This document shows, piece by piece, positions 29,051-46,519 of a DNA stretch of 64,000 nt. Position numbers and translations under genes: made by a program. Location: assembly GCF_009914755.1 (NCBI RefSeq), contig NC_060925.1; one strand, written 5' to 3'. Below the pieces are notes generated by a model. The model was not told where the DNA came from. It searched no databases and saw only the letters and a program-made list of their open reading frames with translations. Position 1 is the first letter of the stretch; every line of letters starts with the position of its first letter. The DNA is from the human T2T-CHM13v2.0 reference genome, Homo sapiens.

Positions 29051-30849
29051 AAATAAAATTTGTTAAATAAATAAATAAAACAGAACAAAAAAACCAGACT
29101 GTTACCCAACCCACAGTTCCCATTAATCCATCAGGTTTAGAGTGCAATAACTCTAGCCAGTTCAAGCCTCTGAGAATCCTTCTGATAGTAAACAGAAATA
29201 GTAGTTTTGTAGTGATGACTAAATTAAGTTCTGTAGTTTCACAGAGATAAACTGTGAGGTCTAAATTACAAAGATACATACATCTCCAGTTCTGATTTAT
29301 GGGAAAGGTAAATAGGTTTTGCAGAATACGATTGCTTAGGAGAAACTCTGTGGGCATGCGCAGATTTATACAAACAACTGAATTTTGAATATGTATGTTA
29401 TAGAGTATTTTCTAATAAGTTTGTTAATAAAATTATGTGGAAGAGTGCTTATCCTAAAACTTAAAAATTCCTGAGAGTCCTAAAAAATTAGAAAGGCAAA
29501 ATATGCCAGTCAACAATATTCTCTGAAAACAATTGCCTTGAAAAAGTTACAAAAATTTATTTAAATAATACCTAATTTATGCAACCAGAACCCAAGTGAA
29601 ATTAAGTACACTTAAAGGAAATTAGTAGATCCTAAAATTTCTTTTCTATATCCTTTTTTTTCTATGTCTTTTTTTTTTTCTGGTGCCCTTTGGGAAGGCT
29701 AATTGTGCATGCTGGTAAAGATATTCATGATTCCTTAGCCTGAGAATGAAGAGTCTTGAATATGAACTTCCCATTTCTCCCTGTTGGATGCTAGAATATA
29801 TTCCACTCTGGAATGCTCCTCCAGCATTCCAGATGGGTTTGCTAAAATGGGTGTTGAAACATCTGCTCCCACAGATAGCATCTAAGCTCACTGCTAAGTA
29901 AACATGTCTTCAAGAACTGAAGCTTTCTAGGCTACCCAGTTCAGTGAATGCTCCATCAAGCCAGGGAATGTGCCTTCCATTCAGAAAGAATCTGAGAAAT
30001 CACTATGGAGGCTTGTCTTAGAGCAGAAATACCAAAAATGTGTCTTGCCTTTCTGTCTTGAGAAAGTAGAAGATCAACACATTCCTCTGGAACTGGAATG
30101 TTCAACCCAGAAAGCTAATTTCTTCCCATGCAAGCTAATTCTCCTTCCATTTTGAATTTACTATCAAAGTCAAGTGCTTGGGGTTCTGTATATATAGAAA
30201 AGTCAAATACACAAGTTTTCAGTTCTCAGAGATATTTTGTCTCTTATGGTTGTTTTGGGCCCCAAGTTTTGCAACTAGTTGACAAGTATAGTGGTTGCGC
30301 ATTTCAAATTACTCATTTATCCTTGATCCATAGAATAGCAAACAGACTACATAGAGAGACTATGGGTCCAGCACATTTATGCCAATTTTTTGCACTGTTA
30401 TTAACCTGGCCTGCCATTTGTCTCTGTCAGTTCCTTAATTTGAAATTTAAGAGCTGGGCAAACTTTCAAGACCTTCCCTGGTGCCCAGGGCAGGGCAAAC
30501 AAAAACCCTAATTTCCAAATAGATTACTTTGATTACACAGTGGTTGAGTCAGAACAATGGGCACTATGAAGGCTCCTCAGCTTTGTGGTGATCAGAAAGG
30601 AAAAGATGAATAATTGTGATGAGGTCACCAAGGGTTTCTCCTCCAAAACAAAATGTCTATTAATTCTGTCTCTTCCCCAGGCCACTGCCAGATCCCAATG
30701 CACTACCATTGAGCAGCCCAGAGAGTTAGTCTTTATTCATTTTTCATAGCTTCCTTTAGTTCCCTTTCTCTATTTTCTGCTTTCCCAAGGATAGATTACA
30801 TTTTCTTGTACTACTTTAAAATTACATATTCTATTTTTTCTTGTAGAAT

Positions 30850-31310
30850 CAATACTTATGTGCCTATATCCCTATTGGTTTCTTAATGTATCAATTCTCT
30901 TATCTTGCTATTAAAAATACTATGTTTTGTCTCCATATTCATGTATTCATGTTGTCTAAGTTTTTCTTCTGGATCAAATATTTCCCTTTTTGTTTTTCTT
31001 TGGTTCTAGATTTTTTAAAAAAGAGAACAATAAAATTCACCAAGGTATTTGATTACCCTTATTTTCTCATCTCAAGCAACTCTTGGATATGTTTCTTTTA
31101 GTTAGAACTTCCTCTAAAACCATATTCAGTATAGTATCTCTATGAGGCAAACCTGAGGCTTTCTAAGCCTAAGAATTTTTTTTATCAAGCCCTCTTTTTA
31201 AATGAAAATGCTACTGGATATAAAATTTTAAGTCCAAAACTATTTTTCCTCAATATTTTGAAATAGAATTTTATTATCTTTTTGCATCTAGTATTGCTAC
31301 TGATAAGTCT
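30850..31310 (-). mobile_element. Ancient L1M 5'/ORF1-region fragment
   Basis: ctggatataaaatttt..tttttcctcaatattttgaa..ctagtattgctactgataagtctg. Confidence 0.45.
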
Positions 31311-31884
31311 GCCCACTCCCACGGAGGGAACTTATGCTCTTCTCTTGGAACATGATATATCCAGGGCCCCCATCCCCTCAAACAAATTGGGCTGCGAGCA
31401 CAACCCGTGTCACTAGCTTGTTCAGCCCAAGCTTTGCTCTCACACAAATCCCTCCACATACTTTACATGCCAATTTCGACTTTAGCTAGGTACTGTCTTA
31501 GGCTCTAGGAATGTGAAAGCTTTAACCTTGTCAGAACAAGCTCAGGTGAAAGAAACTGATGGGCCGAGCCTGCTGATATGATGCCAGAAAGCAGTGTATG
31601 GTTCACATCCAATCCACTGTGGCAAAGCTAGTGTGCACATGCTAATAGAGACAGTTGCAGCTAAGAGAAATATTTGGCTTCTAGTTCAGTTTTCTCCCTC
31701 AAGCAAATCTCAAGACTCAGGCAGGGTGATAAACAAAAAACACCAATACTTTCTGGAATGTCTTTTTTCCCTTCCAGTAAGACTATCTGGACCTTAAACA
31801 AGGGAATGCAGATGGTGTGACACAGGTCAATGCCTATGATAAACAACTTAAATAGTAAGAAGTCCTATAAATATAGCCAAACTG

Positions 31885-32530
31885 CTATTCATTCATTCAT
31901 TCATTCCTCCATTCATCCATTTATCCATTCATTAAAATCCTCCTCAAGCTCTTGCTATATGTCAAGTCCTGTGCTGACTGGACACCGGGAATTAAAAGAG
32001 AGCTTACCTGTAGGGAGTTGACTGAATGGTGGGGGAAATAGAAGTAGTCAAGAGTCTCACAGATAAATGCAAGATTTTACTTAGGAGGAGTGCTCTGAAA
32101 GATAAAGTATTGTGCTCTTCAAACATAAAAGAGGAGTGTGACCTGGTTGGAGGTTGGGGGAGAAGGTCAGGGAAGGTCGCCTTGTGGAGGTGAGGACTGA
32201 ACTGCGATTTGAAGGATGAGGAGGAATTAAATACACAAAGACAAAGGGAGAACAGTGTTCTAGGCAGAGGTTAAAGCATATGAAAAGAATTTGTGGCAGG
32301 AGAGGTGGTAAGGATTCAACGGGACACAGAGAAGGCCACTGTGGCCAAAGCACAGAACTCACCAGGGAGCACAGTAGGACACAAGGGTGGAGAAGTAGGT
32401 TGGGGCCAGAATGTGTGGGGCCTCCGAGGCCATGCTGGGGATTTTGGTCTTTAGCCTGTGGGCATGGGAAAGCCTGGAGGTTTTTCAAGCCTGGATATAA
32501 AGTCATATGACCAATGTTGCATGTGGAAAT
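31885..32530 (-). mobile_element. L2 3' portion
   Basis: (attc)n tail, gtcagggaagg..tgaaggatgaggaggaattaa..tctaggcagagg. Confidence 0.85.
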
Positions 32531-34121
32531 TTTTTTTGGCTTTAACATGGAGGATGTGTTACTGTGGGAAAGGACCACCAAGTACAGCAGCTGTGTAACA
32601 TTTCCAGGAATTAGGAACATGTAATCATGTGTTTGCGTGGAATAAAGTTTTCTAGCATGTGCCAGTCTAGCCTACTTTGGAATATTATCAGCAGTCTGCC
32701 TATGTGCAGCAGCACAAAGAAAATTTCCTTTCTCTACTTAACATTTTTAAAATTTGCAAGCTTATAATTATGTTGATTTTTAGATCAATCTAATTGCAAG
32801 TAAAACTCTGAGTATGCCTTTTTAAAATATGTTGCATGTGGTTGATCATGTGAAAACTGATGGCATTGTTTCTGATGATTCCCTGATGTGGTGTTTCTCA
32901 ACTTGTTAAAACATAAACTCCTGATTTTAGTGTGGGGCCCAATAATTTGCCTTTTAAGAAGTTCACAAGCGATAATGCCTAGCTATAAATAAATCTCAAT
33001 ATAAATAATTTTAAGATGTGTATTGCTTTTTTAAAAAATCTAAGTTTATCTTTAAAAGACCTAGTAGCTAACATAAATTCGCTTCTCAATCAAAACGTTT
33101 AATGAAAACCTACAATGCATGCTGCATATGAGCATCATTTTGATCTCTAAAAATATCACTTTTGTTCACATATGAGACACAAGTTGGTGTTGAAAGCCAT
33201 ATACCCTTTTAATCGTCTCCATCATCTCTCCATCCCATCTTCTAATAACAGAATGAATGCCTTAATATTAATTTTCCCAAAAAGTATTGTCATCTAGACT
33301 TTTTAAAGACTTGTGTCCTAGGAGGTGAACAGTATTAGCTTCAGTAACCTGGATGCTTATGAAACCTCAATTACCTACAGCACAGATTGCTGTAGGTACC
33401 TACAGCTACAATTTCCTACAGCACAGATTGCAATCCGCAGACAAGGGTTTCCCTGAATCTCCTCTCCAATTCCTGCCCCATCTTATTCTTACAAAACAAA
33501 CAGCTTTTTCCCTCCTGTGCCAGCAGCTACCACAGACAGTTTCTATCCTTTTTAAATTTGTACCTGCTGAGGGAAGAGAAGGCTTCCCTTCCTACATAAC
33601 TTTGGTGTGCTCAAGAGAGAAGGCAGGAGAAGTTTCCCTCTGGGCCAGCAACCTCCTTTTCCCAATTCATAAGCTCTCAGTCATACCGCTGTTGCCACGT
33701 CACACTGTTGAGGACTGTGCAAGAAAGGTTCACGTGGCTCAGGGTGCTTTCTTTGGCAAGGAAAGGTGGTAGCTCTGGAAGTTGGTTTGGCTTCAAGAGA
33801 GAGAGGGCTTGGTTTATGCTATGTCATTATTTCCAAATCAACATAAAAGGTAAGGCTCCTCACCAGGGCCAGCACATGTTGAGTGGTTTGGTTGGGTTAT
33901 GACATTACTTGGAGCCATTCTTGGATATGTTATCTTTACACCAGCTTGCCTAAAAATATTTAAAAGATGCAATTCAAGCTAAGAAGATTTTTATATTTCT
34001 TTCATACATGGAGAAACCCCTAGATTGGAATAATCCAGGATTTGTGTTGGCACACCTCATGCCTTCTACCGTAAACATGCTTTCTCAACTCAGAAATGGT
34101 GCTTTTAAAAAATAAAATATC

Positions 34122-34456
<335 letters not shown>

Positions 34457-34825
34457 TCAGGGAGGAGTTGGTTGGAATTTCGCATCTCCATGTGGAACAC
34501 GTTTCAATATCTTTGATCTTTAAAGAAATCATGCCTTAAGTTTACCCTCTTTTTTGCTGTACTTTACCTATTGACTTCCATAATTGAAAAAGTCAACAAA
34601 AATAATTTATAGAAAAGTGATCAACACCCAAAAAGCCACATATCCAGACTCCATCCACAGGAAAGCAGCATGCTTCATTGACTATTATGGAAGGAGTTTG
34701 GACAGGATGATTTTTAAATCATCTCCCAGTCTTAACAGTCTATGTACTTAGAACTTAAACTTAGTGTTAAGGGGAAAAAAAATGAAAGAATTGTTCCCAG
34801 TCCCTGTTCCCAATTCTACTTCTAA

Positions 34826-35280
34826 TTTTTTTTATTTTTATTTTTAAAATTCTTTTTATTTTTATTTTTAATTTTGTTTACTTTAAGTTCCAGGATGCAT
34901 GTGTGGAATGTGCAGGTTTGTTACATAGGTATACATGTGCCATGGTGATTTGCTGAACCTATCAACCTGCCAACTAGGTTTTAAGCCCTGCATGCATTAG
35001 CTAATTGTCCTGATGCTCTCCCTCCCCTCACCACCCCTCCTGCCTACAGGCCCACATCCCTCCTGCCTACAGGCCCTGGTGTGTGTTGTTCCCCTCCCTG
35101 TGTCTATGTGTTCTCATTGTTCAACTCCCACTTATGAGTGAGAACATGTGGTGTTTGGTTTTCTGTTCCTGTGTTAGTTTGCTGAAGGTGATGGCTTCCA
35201 GCTTCATCTATGTACCTGCAAAGGACATGATCTCATTCCTTTTTATGGCTGCATAGTATTTCATAGTATATATATATATG
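34826..35280 (-). mobile_element. Short L1PA (PA8-10-like) 3' end
   Basis: T-rich tail, ctttaagttccagga..ttcattcctttttatggctgcatagtat. Confidence 0.9.
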
Positions 35281-35897
35281 TATGACTTGTACACAGTGAC
35301 ATGCACAGATCTTAAATATATAGCACTTTAGCACTACTCTGATCAAGATAAGAATAACACCAGTCCTTGACAGGCTCCCTTATGCCCCTTCTCAGTCTCT
35401 GTCTCCCCAAAGGTAATGTCTATTTTCTACTTTATCACCACAGATTAGTTTTGTCTATTTTTAAATTTTAAAATTTAAAATAACTTAAATATTTTTAAAT
35501 ATATTGATGGACTCATACAATATACACTCTTGTGTCTAGATTTTTTCATGCAGTATACTTCTGTGAGATCCATCCATGTTGTTTGAGTGTAGCAGTAGTT
35601 CATTCTTTTTCATTTCTACTTTATATTCCATTGTACAATTATATCACAGCATGTCTATCCTTTCTACCATGAATAAATATTCGGACTGTTTCTAATTTTT
35701 GGCTATTGTGAATAAGCTCTTAAGAACATTCTTGTACATGTTTTTAGTTTTCCCAGTTTTCTTTTCTTTTTTTTTTCTTTTTTTTGCACATAAGCACTCG
35801 TTTCTGCTGGGTGCATAGCCAGGAGTACAGTTGTAGAGCCACAGGGTCATATTTAGCTTTAGAAGATATTGTCAAACAGTTTCCCAAAGTGGTGTGA
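35281..35897 (-). mobile_element. Ancient L1ME-like 3' fragment
   Basis: agattagttttgtct..gagatccatccatgttg..caaacagtttcccaaagtgg. Confidence 0.75.
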
Positions 35898-36119
35898 CCA
35901 CCAAAACCACCCTCCTCTTGTTTACCCCCTACCTCACTGGCCATTCTTTCTCAATTTTTTTTTGCCAATCCTTCGTAATAGCCCAGTGTTTTAACAAAGA
36001 AGTACCCTATTCAAATCCACATCTCCTTTTGGCCTCATCCTCCTTTTCCCTTTCCCTACCTTATTTTTCTTTATATCAATTATAACCATTTATAATAATG
36101 TATAATTCGCCAAGGTATT

Positions 36120-36285
36120 TACTGTCTTTAACCCTGTATATTTTAAGGGGTATAAGCTTCATGAGAACAGAACTTGTGCTACTTTTATTCCCTGATACAT
36201 TCCCTGTACCCAGAACAGTCTCTGGCACATAGCAAGCACTCAATAAATATTTGATGAATAATTGAGTGATTAACTGAATGGAGGA
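36120..36285 (+). mobile_element. L2 3' end
   Basis: cagtctctggcacatagcaagcactcaataaatatttgatgaat. Confidence 0.85.
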
Positions 36286-36613
36286 AATGTTAGGGAAAAA
36301 TGGTAAGAGGCAGTGGAGAGATATATTCTCCCCCAAAATCTTTAATGAATCGCTAGTATGGATGTAGCCCTGTTTGAACCTGGACATTCTGAACTTTATA
36401 TGAATTGCATCATCAAAGTTTAAGTTCCAAAGGCAGGTGTCCTTGAGTTCCTGACTGGGACAGAGATGAGTGGAGAGGAATCAAATCCTGAAAAACATCT
36501 GGCTTTGTTTTTTGTGGCAAGTGTCAAGGTCCCTCAAAAAAAGTGCCCAAAATAACTTTATAATCACTTTAAACTGAAACGTAAACTAAAGAATTGTGCA
36601 GTTTGGCAGCCAC

Positions 36614-36621
36614 TGACGTCA
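36614..36621. promoter_or_regulatory. Full CRE palindrome TGACGTCA
   Basis: Exact motif with retained CpG in non-repeat sequence; motif only. Confidence 0.35.
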
Positions 36622-38514
36622 CATCATTTCATCCAGTTCTAACCAGAAGCTTCCCAGGAACACAATAGCTGTTGAATCATTAGCCAGGGTGTGTAACTGG
36701 AGCCAGCTACCAATCTGGCCTAAACCCTGAGTTATACAATAAAAGTAGTTTGTAAGCTAGACTGAAATCTCTGTGGCCAGAACAAACAGTTAAACTGAAA
36801 ATTATCACAAGGAAAGGCCAAAGTCAACAAGTTTGGTAGTGACTCAAAAAAAAAAAAAAAAAAAGCAAGGAGCTCTTGGCTTTGGCCCAGGGCAGACCAA
36901 GGAAACAGAGGATAGGTGAGAGATGCAGGCTCACATCAGGTCAAGGACAAGGTGGAGGGCACCCAGAATGTTTGATGGCATTCAGTATTCATTTTGCATT
37001 CTGTGTTCTTGGAAAGCCAGGGTGCAGCCTGGGCCTCCCAAAGGTATTAGCAGTGTCAGGCACCTGATGGCCTAATGCCACTTACAGAAGCAGATTTCTA
37101 AAATCTCACTGGAGATCTAAATCAGGAAGACCAAGAACAGAATGAAGTGATGGGGAAGGCTTTGTTGTTAGCGCTGGAGACTATTTTCAAAATAAGCTGA
37201 GTTTATCCAAGATTCTTGGCCATTGAGCAACTTTTTCAAAGGTAATCGAGGTTGGTTGTCCCAACCCTTCTTCTTCTTAAAGTACAAAAAGACATTTGGC
37301 CAATAAACCACTACACAAATATTTCTGTTCTTAGGTTTCTGACTATATTTTGTCTTATATGACATACTGCTTTTATGCTTCCTTCTAAATTTTAATTATG
37401 AGAAGAGTAGAGCCTATGATTTACCCATCTGTAAATCTTCCCCCAAACCACGACCTCCACCTAGTTCAGGGCTTTGAACATGATAGGAACTCAGTAAACA
37501 TTGTTGAAATGAATGGAATATCTTTCAAATGTGTGAGGAATCATACTATGTTTAAGGCATATTGAAACTCTGCTATGGTATGATTTCTTCCTCGCAACCA
37601 CCAGCACAATAGAACCAAACTGGTTTGTCCACACTTCCTGCCCAGGTAACTGGAGGTGAAACTTTTGCTCACCTTAAAATATTTGTCATATTGCCTTAAT
37701 GTCTTTGCCCACAGAATTAATGGAAATACTTGGGTTTATTGATAATTGATAATTGGGCTTAAAAATATTTGTGTAGTAAACATAGCCAGACTATGTCCTA
37801 TGTGCCCAAAACATCTCTCAGTGATTAAAAGTATTCTGTTTTGAAAATAAATAAGCATGATGATGCATGCTGGGGTTTGGTAATAATTTGCTACATTTGG
37901 TTCAAATTAGTCAGTTCCTTTCAAAGTCATTGAAGAGTAAAATATGAACTGCCATGCAATGAGGCTGACCTGGAACTCTCACTTCCCCAAGTCATTTCTT
38001 GGCCATAGGTCGGTGGTGACCATTTCATGGCCTGTTTGAGGAGAAAGCACTGGAAAGAAGCTTTTTATTGTTGTTTTATTGTTGTCTTCTTCTCTGTTTT
38101 ATGCCTTTTTCTGTGGTACAATTACCAACGTGTGTGATATCTAGTACTGTCTGTTTAAATATAGTCTCCCTTCTGCTTATAATGTTTTCTTCTTTATAGA
38201 GACATTTCTTTTAAAAGTGCTTACACCTATATTTCATCAGTGCTTACACCTATATTTGATAAGATGGGAGTGGAGGAGAAGGAGGAGTGCGTAGAAAGAA
38301 AGCTTGTAGTATTAAGAAAAACTATGAGTTTGTAGAATCTCACCTTGGCAGGAAATGGTTGAAGACACTAAAGACACTGATGTGGAATGAGTGAGCTTGC
38401 CCTGTTTTGGAATTTTAAAAACTGAAGCTTTCTTTCATATAGTTGCTGGATGTTTTCTTTTTCAGCTGTATGAAATAAATAGTACCACCTTTGTTAAACC
38501 CCAGTAATGAACAT

Positions 38515-38985
38515 TGTGATGGTTAATTTTATGTGTCAATTTGACTAGGCTACAATACCTATATATTGAGTAAAACACCAGTCTAGATGTTGCTGTGAAG
38601 CTGTTTTTAGATGAGCTTAATATTTAAATCAGAGACTTTCAATAAAGCAGACTACCCCTCATAATGTGGGTGAACCTTTTCCAATCAGTTGAAGGCTTTG
38701 AGAGAAAAAGACTGAGGTCCTCCAAATAGGAAGAAATTCTGCCTCCAGGCTACCCTTGGACTCAAGTTACAACATTAAGTCTTCTCGCCAGCCTGCTGAC
38801 TTACCCAGAATTTGGAATTGTTAGCCCCCACAATCACATGAGCCAATTCCTTAAAATGTCTCTCTCTCTCTCTCTCTCTGCTCTCTCTCTCCCGCCCCCC
38901 TTCTCTCTCTCTCTTTCTCTCTCACTACATACACACACACGTTTTATTTGTTGTTCTGTTTCTGTGGAGAATCCTGACTAATACA
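38515..38985 (+). mobile_element. MLT2 (ERVL) solo LTR with internal (CT)n/(CA)n
   Basis: tgtgatggttaattttatgtgtcaatttgactagg...ggagaatcctgactaataca. Confidence 0.92.
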
Positions 38986-39875
38986 AATACATACCAAAAC
39001 AAAGTTAGTATTGGACTTCTTGAGGCCAATAATACAGGTATTGTATGCAAGGTAAAAATTAAATAAACCCTAGGTTGCTGAGAGCCATTGCCTTAACTCT
39101 GAAAGGAAATGTTAGCCTATTGAGTATTATTTCCTGAAATGTCACTTAGACTGAGAAAGTTTCATTTGGAGCCCCTTCATTTCAGAGAAAGTTGCTCAGA
39201 TTGCCTTATAGTTAGCTCTACCTTGACTAGAATATAATCTACAAAAAAGTTATTATACATTGATACCTACTATTCACCAGGTATTTTGCATACATTTATT
39301 CTTATTTTTATAACAACCCTGCAAGATAATATTGTTATACTCATTTTATAGATGAAGAAATTGCCCTAGTAAGTACTTTGCCCATTGATTTGCCTCAATC
39401 ATATCAAATGTAAGTATATCAAATGTAAGTATAATGAACTGTGAATTAATCACTTAATCACCACTATTAATTGAAGACATGCTTATATGCACTGAGTATA
39501 TACTCTACTGGATTATGAAGGATGTATATTTTAGAAAGATTTTCCAAAAGCATGGAAACTGTATGATCAACTCTCAATCCTTCAGAAAAATTAAGCATTA
39601 CAGTAGTTATAGTTATTTTTCCAGCTGCTGCCTCATCAAAGACCTCCAGTCTCTTACAATCAGCTGCCTAGTTGACATCTCCACTTGATTATATGACACA
39701 TTAAATCTCAGATTTAACTTGTCCCTGGTTTCCTTCCTTTCCTTATACACCACCTCCAATCAATCAGTCAGTCCTCCAAAGATGCCTGAGTCAGACTACA
39801 ACTCATTATTTCTCCTGATAGAATTTTAACCCAAACTACCACTTCATTCAAGATTGCCCTAAAAGCCTCCTAACT

Positions 39876-40054
39876 TGTTATATTAGGTATAACAAGTAAT
39901 CTAGAGGTGATTTAAAATACATGGGAGGATGTGTATAAGTTATATGCAAATATTATACTACTTTATATGAGGAACCTGAGCATGCACGGATTTTGATATC
40001 CACAGTGCAGGGACCCTGGAACCAACCCTTCATGGACATACAAAGAGATGATTG
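39876..40054. mobile_element. MER2 (Tigger-family) half element
   Basis: aagtaatctagaggtgatttaaaatacatgggaggatgtgtataagttatatgcaaat..ctggaaccaa. Confidence 0.85.
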
Positions 40055-40239
40055 TGACATGTAATTATATACATTATATAACGTAGTATATATAATTATG
40101 CTATATTTTATGTATTATATAAATTGTATATATTCATGTGCTATTATAATATAATTATACTACAATATATTTGTTGTATATTGCAGAATTATATATAAAG
40201 ATAATATTATTATATATATTTACTCTATAAGTCAATGAT

Positions 40240-41375
40240 ACTCCTCAGAATCACATTATTATCATAGGTCCACACTGGCCCCTCTTTTAATTTCTTTTAT
40301 TCATTCATTTCTTCTTACTTCTCTTCCTACTTCTTTCTCCAATCCCCCCTCCACAGAATAGGCAAGCATTCTAATGTGCTTAATATATATCCTTTTATAT
40401 GTTTTTACAAAATATGTGAAACTTTTTATTGTCTGTTTTACAAAATATGTATTTCATGTGCATGAATTTTAAATTTATGCCAATAAAATTATTTACAGAT
40501 TTCATTCCTGTTTCTTTTCCTTCTATTTAAAAAGTGAGACATAGGTTTCTAGCATCCACTCATGTTGCTCTAGGCATATGTACTCTGTCACTGTTTCTGC
40601 TGTATAGTTCTTCATGACAGGAATACTCCATTTTCAATCTCTTTCTTTCTCACTGAATGGACACCAAGATCATCTCTAATTTCCACCACCTAAAGCAACA
40701 GTATGATGAGCTTCCTTGAAAATGTGACCTCAGGATACTGTGTGAGAACTTCTTTTTGTTGATTATCCAGAAGTATAATCGCTGAGTCATAAAGTGTGGG
40801 GATGTTTACTAGGACTAAGGACGGCTAGACTGATCTCTGCAACAGTCTCTACTCTCCCAGGAAGATGCCACAACATTCCCATTATCATTTGGCAATGTCC
40901 AGCTTTCTCATTTTTTGCCAGTTTAACATGTGTAAAGTAATGTCTCATTATTGATTAATTTACATTTCTGTGACTACTAATGAGTTTGAGAGCAGTTTTT
41001 CATATGTTTGCTAGCCTTTTGGATTTTCTCTTTTGTAAACTACCCAATCATATCCTTAGCACACTTTTTTATTGGGGATTTCTGTCTTCTTGTTGTTGTT
41101 GATTTGCTCTTTTGTAAATTACCCAATCATGCCCTTAGCACATTTTTTTTTAATCGGGGATTTCTTTCTTCTTCTTCTTGTTGATTTGCAAGTATTTCTC
41201 ATGCTAAATATTGGTCTTTCATGGTTTTAGATATTTAAACATCTCTCAGTATGTAACCTGTCTGTAAACTTTATCCATGACATGCTTCATCCAACAGAAA
41301 GACCTAATTATGATGTAATCAAGTTCATCAATTATTTTATTCATAATTTATTAATTTTAAGGGAAAATACTGTTT
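40240..41375 (-). mobile_element. Ancient L1ME-like element, 3' part (host of the young L1 pair)
   Basis: Degraded antisense ORF2 end (catatgtttgctagcc, tatccttagcacactttt); continues collinearly at 49952. Confidence 0.7.
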
Positions 41376-41609
41376 TTTTTTTAAATTTACTTCTATTTTT
41401 TTTTATTATACTTTAAGTTTTAGGGTACATGTGCACATTGTGCAGGTTAGTTACATATGTATACATGTGCCATGCTGGTGCGCTGCACCCACTAACTTGT
41501 CATCTAGCATTAGGTATATCTCCCAATGCTATCCCTCCCCCCTCCCCCCACCCCACAACAGTCCCCAGAGTGTGATATTCCCCTTCCTGTGTCCATGTGA
41601 TCTCACTGT

Positions 41610-45462
<3,853 letters not shown>

Positions 45463-45498
45463 TTAGTTGATGCAGTTTCTTCCTAGTCTCGATGGTCT

Positions 45499-46519
45499 TT
45501 ACATTTTGGCATGATTTTGCAGCGGCTGGTACCGGTTGTTCCTTTCCATGTTTAGCGCTTCCTTCAGGAGCTCTTTTAGGGCAGGCCTGGTGGTGACAAA
45601 ATCTCTCAGCATTTGCTTGTCTGTAAAGTATTTTATTTCTCCTTCACTTATGAAGCTTAGTTTGGCTGGATATGAAATTCTGGGTTGAAAATTCTTTTCT
45701 TTAAGAATGTTGAATATTGGCCCCCACTCTCTTCTGGCTTGTAGGGTTTCTGCCGAGAGATCCGCTGTTAGTCTGATGGGCTTCCCTTTGAGGGTAACCC
45801 CACCTTTCTCTCTGGCTGCCCTTAACATTTTTTCCTTCATTTCAACTTTTGTGAATCTGACAATTATGTGTCTTGGAGTTGCTCTACTCGAGGAGTATCT
45901 TTGTGGCGTTCTCTGTATTTCCTGAATCTGAATGTTGGCCTGCCTTGCTAGATTGGGGAAGTTCTCCTGGATAATATCCTGCAGAGTGTTTTCCAACTTG
46001 GTTCCATTCTCCGCATCACTTTCAGGTACACCAATCAGACGTAGATTTGGTCTTTTCACATAGTCCCATATTTCTTGGAGGCTTTGCTCATTTCTTTTTA
46101 TTCTTTTTTCTCTAAACTTCCCTTCTCGCTTCATTTCATTCATTTCATCTTCCATTGCTGATACCCTTTCTTCCAGTTGATCGCATCAGCTCCTGAGGCT
46201 TCTGCATTCTTCACGTAGTTCTCGAGCCTTGGTTTTCAGCTCCATCAGCTCCTTTAAGCACTTCTCTGTATTGGTTATTCTAGTTATACATTCTTCTAAA
46301 TTTTTTTCAAAGTTTTCAACTTCTTTGCCTTTGGTTTGAATGTCCTCCCGTAGCTCAGAGTAATTTGATCGTCTGAAACCTTCTTCTCTCAGCTCGTTCG
46401 TCAAAGTCATTCTCCATCCAGCTTTGTTCCGTTGCTGGTGAGGAACTGCGTTCCTTTGGAGGAGGAGAGGTGCTCTGTGTTTTAGAGTTTCCAGTCTTTC
46501 TGTTCTGTTTTTTCCCCGT
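45499..46519 (-). pseudogene. L1 ORF1, disrupted
   Basis: Start ATG>ACG (46517-46519), 4-bp tcgt duplication near 46394-46401, CGA>TGA near 46186; C-terminal 218 aa still open. Confidence 0.95.

Noticed and set aside
35459-35480. 22-bp A/T-only palindrome
   Set aside because: Low-complexity sequence within an old L1
39401-39433. 15-bp tandem duplication and similar short direct repeats as a CRISPR-like array
   Set aside because: Only two copies, no spacers, eukaryotic DNA; ordinary slippage
40060-40225. Very AT-rich tract as origin or MAR
   Set aside because: Degenerate (TA)n low complexity; function not supportable from sequence
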